Positions 1 to 7,132 of a stretch of 12,422 bases of DNA are shown piece after piece (position 1 is the first letter of the stretch; the number at the start of each line of letters is the position of its first letter). The DNA lies in assembly GCA_041639695.1 (NCBI GenBank), contig JBEQBQ010000017.1, positions 1-12,422 on the forward strand. The letters run 5' to 3'. The stretch comes from Candidatus Nanohaloarchaea archaeon. Lineage in GTDB: Archaea; Nanohalarchaeota; Nanosalinia; Nanosalinales; Nanosalinaceae. The position numbers and the translations under genes are program-made. Below the pieces are notes generated by a model. It was not told the DNA's origin, did no database searches, and saw only the letters and a list, made by a program, of their open reading frames with translations.

Positions 1-2
1 AA

Positions 3-422
3 ACCAGTGCTGATTCATCTGAAAACGTGAATGTGACGTTTGATCTGGATGCAAGCTCTATAAGTAATGGAGAGTACCATTTGGATGTCAACGGAAACAG
101 TCTGGACACCTTCTCCACGGGCAACCTTTGGTGGGATTACCAAGACTGGGATCAGAACAGCGGAAACAACACCTTTACAGTGGCTTACACAGGAACGCAG
201 GCTTCGCTCTCATGGTCCGACAACTCGGACAACGAGAACGGCTTCAGGATTTACTCGAACGCAACAGGAAGCATGTCGGAGATTAAAACTGTAGGAGCTG
301 ACACAACTTCAACAACTGACACGACAAGCCTTGACTCTGGAGAGACAGTTAAGTACAAGGTAACAGCCTACAACCAGTTCGGAGAATCTACAGGAACAAC
401 AGACACAGTAAACATTCCATAA
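3..422 (+). CDS. C-terminal fragment of a surface/secreted protein ending in a fibronectin type III domain (5' truncated by the window edge)
   Basis: The frame is open from position 3 (TSADSSENVNVTF...), so the GTG at 27 is probably internal. It contains the FN3-type pattern SLSWSDNSDNENGFRIY...YKVTAYNQFGES, is Thr/Ser/Asp/Asn-rich and has N-X-T sequons (NVT, NNT, NAT). Stop TAA at 420-422. Confidence 0.8.
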   Translation, partial: TSADSSENVNVTFDLDASSISNGEYHLDVNGNSLDTFSTGNLWWDYQDWDQNSGNNTFTVAYTGTQASLSWSDNSDNENGFRIYSNATGSMSEIKTVGADTTSTTDTTSLDSGETVKYKVTAYNQFGESTGTTDTVNIP

Positions 423-434
423 CTTTTCTTTTCT
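423..434 (+). terminator. Putative archaeal T-rich terminator of the FN3 gene
   Basis: CTTTTCTTTTCT immediately after the stop codon, in a convergent intergenic region. Confidence 0.45.
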
Positions 435-489
435 CTAATTCTTGATTGTCTGGGAACTGTACGGATACTTCTTATCCTATTGGCTTAAG

Positions 490-496
490 AAAAAAA
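490..496 (-). terminator. Putative oligo-T terminator of the GH57 gene
   Basis: A7 on + (T7 on -) about 18 nt downstream of the GH57 stop codon. Confidence 0.45.
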
Positions 497-513
497 TTAA
501 AGGATCTAGCTAA

Positions 514-1728
514 TTACTTCCTCAATCTCATCTCTACCTGTTGCTGGAAATCCATCAAGTGTTCGGTTATGCACGCGAAGCCTTGGTGCGGATGATCGAA
601 ATAAGAGAAGTAGTTGTGTACAGAACCATCATCATAGCTTTTCGTGCAGATGTGGTGTAAATGGTCTGAGGTTATGAACTTTCTCCAGACATCGAGAACC
701 CTTTCATCGTCAAGCTGTTTTACCTTTGATTCAAGTTCCTTGATCTTTTCGAAAAGCATCTTCTGCATAGGGTTACCTAGCCATGCACTTGCATCCATTT
801 CCTGGTCTGCCCAAGAAACTGTGTTGTACTCGAAGGCATCAAACTGGCCGACCGGGTCCTGCTGTGCAACCTCTCGCACCTTCGCGAACTCGAGATTGTC
901 ATGCTTCAGGACCTCCTGTGGCAAGGCCTCGAGGAACCATAGAATTCCCGTGCCTTCCCAGTGGTGTTCGCCAAAGGTTTCGTAGTCCATGAAAAGATTT
1001 AGCATATCTCCTTGACAGGCAGAAAGCCATGCCGCATATTTTTCCGCGGTCAGAGGCTGTTCATTCCACCATTCGGCGGAGAATCTGTAGCCTACGTCAT
1101 CTGTAAGTTTCCTGTCCCTTAGTAGTATGTTGTTTCCTTCCTCGGTCACGAAGTCGGGTTGTGTATATGCGTGGTGTGAGGAGCGCCATCCAAGAATCCG
1201 TGGAACCCCTTCCGTAAATATACCGTCATAACCAACTTCGGAGCTTATCTTCCCGATCTCATTATGGTAGATCAGCTCGGTGTTCGTCATGACTTGAGGC
1301 CTAGTATTGAATGTATCTTCGATAATATTTCTGTGAGTTTTGAGCTGGTTCCTGAACTCGTTTTTATCGTTAAACAAGCCAGCTAATGAATGGTAGTGTG
1401 CCTGACCGATGAAGTCGATACTCGAGTCAGGGAAACGGTTAAGCATGTCGATTAGTTCGGGGTGGTATTCCTTGGCCTGTTCGATCCAGCTTGAAGAGAT
1501 TGAAAAGTTGACCTTTAACTGTCGGTCTCTTCCCTCCATTCTCTTGGCTTCTCTTAGGAGTCTCTCGGTTGCAGGGAAGTAACAGTTTTCTGCTACATCT
1601 TTGAAGAAGTGTTCGTTCTGTTCATCGTCAAAGTACCTGCCATATAGAGTGTTGGCGTCTTCATTTACTCCATCTATTCTAAGTCGATGGGGCTGGTGAA
1701 CCTCGAACGATAGGGTTACAGGTAGCAT
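514..1728 (-). CDS. Glycoside hydrolase family 57 alpha-amylase (archaeal AmyA-like), probably cytoplasmic
   Basis: GH57 motifs FEVHQP, HYHSLA, NTELIY (nucleophile Glu), FMDYETFGEHHW (acid/base Asp), SWAD..DASAWLGN and TSDH. 404 aa with no signal peptide. Confidence 0.93.
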   Translation of the reverse strand: MLPVTLSFEVHQPHRLRIDGVNEDANTLYGRYFDDEQNEHFFKDVAENCYFPATERLLREAKRMEGRDRQLKVNFSISSSWIEQAKEYHPELIDMLNRFPDSSIDFIGQAHYHSLAGLFNDKNEFRNQLKTHRNIIEDTFNTRPQVMTNTELIYHNEIGKISSEVGYDGIFTEGVPRILGWRSSHHAYTQPDFVTEEGNNILLRDRKLTDDVGYRFSAEWWNEQPLTAEKYAAWLSACQGDMLNLFMDYETFGEHHWEGTGILWFLEALPQEVLKHDNLEFAKVREVAQQDPVGQFDAFEYNTVSWADQEMDASAWLGNPMQKMLFEKIKELESKVKQLDDERVLDVWRKFITSDHLHHICTKSYDDGSVHNYFSYFDHPHQGFACITEHLMDFQQQVEMRLRK

Positions 1729-1811
1729 AAGCGAGACTTCTCGCGGTCGTTTATAATCTGACAGGTGCGAAGAAATGAAGGGTTAAAAGTGAAGTTCAAG
1801 AACTTTAGTCT
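1729..1811. promoter_or_regulatory. Divergent promoter region with two TATA-like boxes and two 6-2-6 inverted repeats
   Basis: TTATAA at 1751-1756 lies 23-28 nt upstream of the GH57 ATG, and TTAAAA at 1783-1788 lies 24-29 nt upstream of GTG 1812. Inverted repeats: GCGAGA-CT-TCTCGC (1731-1744) and AAGTTC-AA-GAACTT (1792-1805). Confidence 0.6.
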
Positions 1812-2045
1812 GTGAACATTCAAACCCGGCCAGTCGAAGAAGGAACCGAGATCTCAGTCAAAACTGATAACGAGATAGCGGTCGTAGTCAACGACGGAGA
1901 AGAAAGAATCTACCTGCCGGAAGCACGTGGATCAGACTCGACATACTATGTCGAAGAGGTCGAATCACTTCTAGAGACAGAAAACGGATACAAAGTCGTC
2001 CATAAGGGCTCTGTCCAAAACTCGGATATTGAGGTTCTGGGATAA
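1812..2045 (+). CDS. Small acidic hypothetical protein (77 aa, predicted beta-rich)
   Basis: Fills the gap between GH57 and rhodanese, has the acidic composition typical of this window, has a correctly spaced TATA box, and carries the motif IAVVV..GEERIYLP. Confidence 0.75.
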   Translation: MNIQTRPVEEGTEISVKTDNEIAVVVNDGEERIYLPEARGSDSTYYVEEVESLLETENGYKVVHKGSVQNSDIEVLG

Positions 2046-2093
2046 CTGTTCCGAAACCTATCCCTTATCAACAAGCCCCTATCTCTAGTTTAC

Positions 2094-2408
2094 ATGAAGA
2101 AGATTTCTACAGAACAGCTTGAATCTATGCGTGAAGACCATGAAGTAAATCTTGTCGACGTCCTATCTGAGGAACATTACGAAGACGAGCACATCGAAGG
2201 CGCGATAAACATTCCTTTAGACGAGATCGCCTCTAAAGCAATAGAAAGATTTGACAAGGATGAAGAAATCGTAGTCTACTGCAAAGACACAGAGTGTTCT
2301 GCAAGTCCTAAGGCTGCCAAGAAGCTTGAGAAACTTGGTTTTGAAAACGTGAAGGACTACGAGGTCGGATTGAAAGGTTGGAAAGAGGCAGGAAATTCAA
2401 CGGCCTAA
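2094..2408 (+). CDS. Single-domain rhodanese-like protein
   Basis: Motifs LVDV...Y..EHIEGAINIP, active-site loop IVVYCKDTEC, and LGFENVKDYEVGLKGW. Its stop overlaps the convergent GT4 stop (2405-2408). Confidence 0.9.
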   Translation: MKKISTEQLESMREDHEVNLVDVLSEEHYEDEHIEGAINIPLDEIASKAIERFDKDEEIVVYCKDTECSASPKAAKKLEKLGFENVKDYEVGLKGWKEAGNSTA

Positions 2409-3442
2409 AGAGCTCGGTAATGCTCTAAAATCTCCTGGGTCATGTCCTCCCAGTTTCTAGAAGAACCTTCTACCTCTTTTTGCTTATCTAGAGCTTCTAT
2501 AAGGCCTTCCGATATGGAGGTCGAATCAGGTTCTACAGAGACAATTCCTGAGCTAACAAGCTCTTCTACCCCGTTTTCAGTAGCGACTACCGGGGTTCCT
2601 GATTCAAGTGCCTCAGTAATAGTTAAACCGAAAGGTTCGTTTATTGAAGGCGATACAAATATGTCGGCAGCCTTGTAGTAATCACCAAGTTCCTTTGCTG
2701 GAATAAAGCCGACAAACTTGACATAATCCTCAATTCCAAGTATTTCTACGAAGGTTTCTAGAGACGATGTTAGCTCTCCCTCACCTCCTATAACTAGGGT
2801 TGCGTCATGATTTTCGAGGAATTTTTTGAATCCGTAAAGTAGGTGCTCAAGACCTTTTTGCTCCGAATGCCGGCCTACATAGAAAGCCATGTCTCCTTCA
2901 ACGCCCAGTCTAGATCTTACATCGATACCCGAAGATTCTGGAACTGAAAAACCGTTGTGTACTATTTCTGGTTTTCTTCCGAACTCTTCTTCAACTTCAT
3001 CAGCCAGAGACTGACTTACTGCAATTAAACGATCGGCTTCATTTGCCGTAGTTTTCTCGAACCTTCTGAGTTCCTCCCAAGGTGTTCTGGAGCGGTTAAT
3101 GCTTAGAGAATGGAATGTTGCGATCCATTCTGTATTTGAGTATTTCTTAGCTTTGAAACCTGCCTCGGCACCGAACCAGTCGTGTGTATGAACTATGTCA
3201 AATTCTTCAGCAATCTCGGCGACTTTACTGCTCATCATCCGAGCTTCCTGGATCATGTCTCCGTCCCCGGTCTCTACACCAATCACATCGTCTCTCTCGG
3301 GTGCACGGCTTTCAGGTACCACAAGTTCTACATCGACGTCTTCCTGCTTCAGCTCATCGAAAAGATGCTTGACGTGTATGTCAAGACCTCCATCAATATT
3401 CGGAGGATAACCCCAGCCGACTAGAAGAACTCTTTTTCGCAC
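2405..3442 (-). CDS. Glycosyltransferase family 4 (GT-B), probable glycogen/alpha-glucan synthase-like
   Basis: N-terminal GWGYPP..GGLD, HTHDW, YVGRHSEQKG, and the EX7E motif EPFGLTITE. GTG start with a TTAA box 24-28 nt upstream. Adjacent to GH57. Confidence 0.88.
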   Translation of the reverse strand: MRKRVLLVGWGYPPNIDGGLDIHVKHLFDELKQEDVDVELVVPESRAPERDDVIGVETGDGDMIQEARMMSSKVAEIAEEFDIVHTHDWFGAEAGFKAKKYSNTEWIATFHSLSINRSRTPWEELRRFEKTTANEADRLIAVSQSLADEVEEEFGRKPEIVHNGFSVPESSGIDVRSRLGVEGDMAFYVGRHSEQKGLEHLLYGFKKFLENHDATLVIGGEGELTSSLETFVEILGIEDYVKFVGFIPAKELGDYYKAADIFVSPSINEPFGLTITEALESGTPVVATENGVEELVSSGIVSVEPDSTSISEGLIEALDKQKEVEGSSRNWEDMTQEILEHYRAL

Positions 3443-3473
3443 AGAAGTAGTTGAAAGAAGGGTAGTTAAGTTA

Positions 3474-4499
3474 TTACTCGATCCCCATCGAGTTACTGGT
3501 CATCCGGATCGAGTTCATCTTATCCTCCATCTCGAACATCGAACGGATAGCATCCACGTTTTCAGGCACCACGATCGCTTCTTGGTGGACCATGTGGATC
3601 CAGTGAACTCTGTCTTCATCTACAGATACTGTTTCCTCCCATACTCCTGCTTCCTGCATGTCACTTCTCTTCCTGCCTAGATCTCTCATTTTTTCATGTA
3701 TTTTGCCTGTTGAATCGTAGCCTTCGCCTGCAGACATAAGTTTTACGCGCGGTTGGTCTCTGAAAGCCTGTTTAACTTCTTCCTCATCGACATTTTCCTC
3801 TAGTTCGGCCGTAACCATGTGGACGTGTCCATAAGTGACAGGTACTTTTACTGCGAGTGTTGTAATATCTAGTTCGGGCATAACTGCCTGTACATCCGGT
3901 CCGTGGTGTGAAGGAACCTCTGTAACAGGGACAGTTGAGTTGATAGGTCCTCGAGAGTCCTGTGGGATGTCTCCGCCCCTCCTGACAAGATTGGCGGTAA
4001 CCTTATCGATCCCAAAACCTTCATCGACAGCGCTGAGAGTTCTTGAAAGCGAAGTAGTGTTGCAGGAAACGACTTTCACAAAGTCCTCGCCTCTCGCCTC
4101 TTCATAGTTGGCGTCGGCATTAAACTTTACCTCGGCAATTTCATCCGGTGCGCCGCCCTGGAAAACAGCCTTCACATCGTTAGGCTCGTAAAGATTCTCT
4201 TTGTTTTTCAGGTCGATTCCAGGAGGCGTACAATCAACTACAACATCAATATCATCAATTACATCTTCTAAGGTTCCGTCAACATGCATTCCTGCATCCG
4301 CCATGTTTTGAGCTCCCTCGTCGTTAGAACCGTAGAGCGGGGTGCCGTGTAGAGCGCCGTCCTCGGACAAAATACTTCTCAGCTGTCCTGTTGCCTGCAC
4401 ATCGGATATGCAGTAAAGATTCATGTCTTCCTGTTTTTTGACCGCTTCCGCGACCCTTTTACCGATAGTTCCGACGCCGTTCACAGCAACGTTTACCAT
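3474..4499 (-). CDS. gap: Archaeal-type (class II) phosphorylating glyceraldehyde-3-phosphate dehydrogenase
   Basis: Rossmann motif VAVNGVGTIGKRVAEAV, VVVDCTP, FQGG, catalytic VVSCNTT, PSHHGPDV and HQEAIVVPENVDAIR. Confidence 0.96.
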   Translation of the reverse strand: MVNVAVNGVGTIGKRVAEAVKKQEDMNLYCISDVQATGQLRSILSEDGALHGTPLYGSNDEGAQNMADAGMHVDGTLEDVIDDIDVVVDCTPPGIDLKNKENLYEPNDVKAVFQGGAPDEIAEVKFNADANYEEARGEDFVKVVSCNTTSLSRTLSAVDEGFGIDKVTANLVRRGGDIPQDSRGPINSTVPVTEVPSHHGPDVQAVMPELDITTLAVKVPVTYGHVHMVTAELEENVDEEEVKQAFRDQPRVKLMSAGEGYDSTGKIHEKMRDLGRKRSDMQEAGVWEETVSVDEDRVHWIHMVHQEAIVVPENVDAIRSMFEMEDKMNSIRMTSNSMGIE

Positions 4500-4558
4500 G
4501 GTTACATCGAAGGATTGTCGGCGCTGGATTAAAAGGATTCCTAAACCAATTTACCGGC
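4500..4558. promoter_or_regulatory. Compact divergent gap/nnrD promoter with a central TATA-like element
   Basis: 59-bp spacer. TTAAAA at 4529-4534 is 25-30 nt upstream of the nnrD ATG and, read as TTTTAA on -, 30-35 nt upstream of the gap ATG. Confidence 0.55.
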
Positions 4559-5347
4559 ATGGAAGAACCGGAAAAACTTCTGGAAAAGCTTTCAAGGCCG
4601 GAAAAAAGCCACAAGGGCCAGAATGGCAAAGTAGCTATAGTCGGAGGCTCGGAAAAATACACTGGAGCGCCCGCAATCTCCGCAAAAGCCGCGTTAAGAA
4701 CAGGGTCTGATCTAGTTGAGATAGTTACTTCTGAAAAAGTCAAAGATATCGTTGCCGGTTATTCAGAAAACTTTATCGTCAATACTTATGCTTCCGGAAA
4801 CCTTGGTCTGTCCGGACTTGAAACCGTATTAAATACTGTTCAGAAATCTGATGTGGCTGTGATTGGTCCGGGACTAGATTCGCCTGATGCGGAGGCCGTG
4901 AAAAAGATTATTGAGAGGGCTGAAACCTCGCTAGTTATTGATGCCGATGCTATCGAGCTTGCGGTTAAAACAGATATTGGAAAAGCAGTTTTAACACCTC
5001 ATGCCCAAGAAGCCGAGATTATAAAAGACAGATATGGTTCTATAGAAAGCTTTGTGGCAGAGAAAGGTTCTATAGTCGTGGTTAAAGGCTGTAAAGATAA
5101 AATCTATGCCCCGAAATCAGTTTTTGAAAACACTACTGGCTGTGCTTCGATGACTGTAGGCGGAACCGGGGATATGCTGACAGGAATAATATCGTCACTG
5201 GTATCTCAAGGGTTCGATCTTGAAGAGGCAGCCCGATTAGGGTGCTTGATAAGCGGAAAATGTGGTGAAAGGGCAGCTAAAGAACATGGAAATGGAGCTT
5301 TGGCTACAGATATGATCGAAGAAATTCCGGGGACTATGCGAACTTAA
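4559..5347 (+). CDS. nnrD: Stand-alone ADP/ATP-dependent (S)-NAD(P)H-hydrate dehydratase (YjeF C-terminal/CARKD family)
   Basis: Motifs SHKGQNGKVAIVGGS..YTGAP, IGPGL, VIDADA, LTPH, VVKG and GGTGDMLTG. No N-terminal epimerase domain. Confidence 0.93.
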   Translation: MEEPEKLLEKLSRPEKSHKGQNGKVAIVGGSEKYTGAPAISAKAALRTGSDLVEIVTSEKVKDIVAGYSENFIVNTYASGNLGLSGLETVLNTVQKSDVAVIGPGLDSPDAEAVKKIIERAETSLVIDADAIELAVKTDIGKAVLTPHAQEAEIIKDRYGSIESFVAEKGSIVVVKGCKDKIYAPKSVFENTTGCASMTVGGTGDMLTGIISSLVSQGFDLEEAARLGCLISGKCGERAAKEHGNGALATDMIEEIPGTMRT

Positions 5348-5358
5348 GGAAGAATTTC

Positions 5359-5889
5359 TTACTTCTCTGCCGTTCCATAACTAGCGTTCTCTCTTTTCCA
5401 CCCGGGCTCAAACTCGTGCTGAATACCTGATTTCTTGATGTCTTCAATAAAATCTTCAAGACTCTCCTTACAGCACTGAGGTGTCAGGTAACGCCACTCT
5501 TCGCCGCTTCTAATCCTTCTTCTTACTTCAGTACCGGAGTAGATCTCCTCGTCATAAAGCTCCTGTTTCTCAACTTCGATATCATGGTCGGAGCTCTCAA
5601 CTATTTCCCGTACTTTAGAGTTTCTTGAGAGAATTGTGTCGGCTTCGGTCTTTTCTAGGAGATTTTTTAGCCAGTCGCTGTCGTCTTCAGTATCTTCGAT
5701 ACCTACAACCTTAGTCTCTGGGAAACAGTCCTTGATCAACTTCTTTCTCTGCTCGAAGCTTAGAGGGTTTTCCTCCTCGCCAGACTTTCCGGAACTGCCT
5801 ACAGCGACTACAAGATCGTCTTGTTTCTCTATAACTTTCTTGTGGCCTAAGTGAAGGGGTTGGAACCTTCCTAGAAAAACCTTTGTCAT
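5359..5889 (-). CDS. nadM: Nicotinamide-nucleotide adenylyltransferase (archaeal NMNAT)
   Basis: FLGRFQPLHLGH (HxGH), VAVGS, ENPLSFEQR and YSGTEVRRRI...EEW. Its start overlaps the upstream stop as ATGA (5886-5889). Confidence 0.88.
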   Translation of the reverse strand: MTKVFLGRFQPLHLGHKKVIEKQDDLVVAVGSSGKSGEEENPLSFEQRKKLIKDCFPETKVVGIEDTEDDSDWLKNLLEKTEADTILSRNSKVREIVESSDHDIEVEKQELYDEEIYSGTEVRRRIRSGEEWRYLTPQCCKESLEDFIEDIKKSGIQHEFEPGWKRENASYGTAEK

Positions 5890-6467
5890 TCTTCTTCACC
5901 GAAGATCCGGTCTCCAGCTTTCAGGACCTCAGAGCGCTTGGCTTTATGGAAATGTTCTAGATCTCTTACTTCATTAAGTTCTGGAGCTATCAATTCACCG
6001 ATTTTGATCTTGATCTCTTCGGTCAAACGGTTTTCCTCGACTAGCTCGTCGGAAAGATCTTCTCTTATTTCGTCCCAGAACTCGACAATTTTCGCCTGGT
6101 TTACGTCGACACGGCTGGAGTCTCCATCCAGCACCGACTGGGAGTTCAGCTTTGAAAATCCATACATCAAGACTTCCTGCCATTCAAAAGCAAGCTCGTC
6201 ACCTCTCCTTCTCAAGAACAACATCTCGGAGTAGGCGTGCGCCACTTCGGAAAATACACGTTCCTCTAAAAGTTCGGTTTCCGGGTCGACGGTTACGAAT
6301 AATGCTTCGATATCAGCTGCGGCCGCGATCTCGTCTCTAGTGGAGAAAAGGGTTTCAACCTCTAGATCCATAGGTTCGAAAACCGCTTCACAAGTGTCTA
6401 ATGCACTTGAAATTGCTTTCCGGGTTTTCTCAAGCTCCTGGTTCGAAGGTTTGATCCGGTAACTCAT
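5886..6467 (-). CDS. Hypothetical protein; degenerate, probably non-catalytic paralog of the adjacent DUF2268-like peptidase
   Basis: Colinear similarity with 6480-7130 at the N-terminus (KP...EK...I), the middle (FWDEIR vs FWEEIK) and the C-terminus (LEHF....SEVLKAGDRIFG vs LEEF....EDVVKAGNKLFG). HEFGH is replaced by HAYSE. Confidence 0.8.
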   Translation of the reverse strand: MSYRIKPSNQELEKTRKAISSALDTCEAVFEPMDLEVETLFSTRDEIAAAADIEALFVTVDPETELLEERVFSEVAHAYSEMLFLRRRGDELAFEWQEVLMYGFSKLNSQSVLDGDSSRVDVNQAKIVEFWDEIREDLSDELVEENRLTEEIKIKIGELIAPELNEVRDLEHFHKAKRSEVLKAGDRIFGEEE

Positions 6468-6479
6468 ACTTCGAAGTTC

Positions 6480-7130
6480 TTATCCAAACAATTTATTACC
6501 TGCCTTAACCACATCCTCTTTCTCAAGTTCAGGGAACTCCTCAAGTTCGTATCCTTGTTCAAGAAGATGCTGGCCTATAAGGTAGCTCATCGAGTAGCCA
6601 AGCCAGTTGGGGTATCCGCCTTCAGACTGGTTGATGTAAAGCGGGTCGGGGTAACTGTAATCTCTATCTAATTCTTCTTTCTTTATCTCCTCCCAGAAAG
6701 GCTGTATATCCTCTGTATTGTGTTCTAGAGCCCATTTTTCTACAGAGTCTGGATAGATTTTCTCCACGAGATTCTGGGTTAATGCTTCGTCTAGTATATA
6801 TCTCCAGATCAATAGTTTCTGATCGTTGTGGTTGTGGCCGATCTTTTCGTAGAACCAGCTATGCCCGAATTCATGAACGGTTGTCACCTTAACGTTCTTT
6901 TTCCATTTCTCCACGTCCGAGTTGAACTTGAGTTCAATAAATTTGGGATGCCAAGCCATGCCGCTGACACCACCCATGCTTTGCTTCACAAATCTATCTT
7001 CGGTCCATGCTATTCCGAAGTCAAGATTCTTCTCTTTTTGCAGAACATCTTCTGCCTCCTTAACCCCTTCTCTAATCAGGTTCTTAGCTTTCTCTATATC
7101 GGAATCTTCGGGTTTGAAGTTTAGTTTCAT
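6480..7130 (-). CDS. DUF2268-like predicted Zn-dependent metallopeptidase
   Basis: GGVSG, HEFGH zinc motif, downstream LDEAL (third ligand Glu) and GYPNWLGYSMSY. Start reassigned to ATG 7130 (MKLNFKP): this avoids the overlap with the upstream gene and matches the paralog's N-terminus. Confidence 0.82.
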   Translation of the reverse strand: MKLNFKPEDSDIEKAKNLIREGVKEAEDVLQKEKNLDFGIAWTEDRFVKQSMGGVSGMAWHPKFIELKFNSDVEKWKKNVKVTTVHEFGHSWFYEKIGHNHNDQKLLIWRYILDEALTQNLVEKIYPDSVEKWALEHNTEDIQPFWEEIKKEELDRDYSYPDPLYINQSEGGYPNWLGYSMSYLIGQHLLEQGYELEEFPELEKEDVVKAGNKLFG

Positions 7131-7132
7131 GT

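Noticed and set aside
463-477. GGATA-N5-TATCC mini-hairpin between convergent genes
   Set aside because: A 5-bp stem is too weak, and the nearby T-tracts already explain termination.
644-992. Plus-strand ORFs 644-985 and 783-992, and similar shadow ORFs (2442-2678, 3182-3424, 3835-4107, 5636-5854, 5938-6234, 6828-7483, 7878-8111, 8289-8595, 10091-10300, 11320-11526)
   Set aside because: They are antisense to well-supported genes. Many are Ser/Phe-rich, as expected from the reverse complement of Glu/Lys-rich codons, and none has a recognisable motif.
4423-4743. ORFs spanning the gap/nnrD divergent junction
   Set aside because: They overlap two strongly supported genes and lack the acidic composition of the real proteins.
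6468-6477. 10-bp palindrome ACTTCGAAGT just upstream of the pseudopeptidase start
   Set aside because: Short, built on the TCGA core that is frequent in this window, and located in a 12-bp intra-operon spacer; probably chance.
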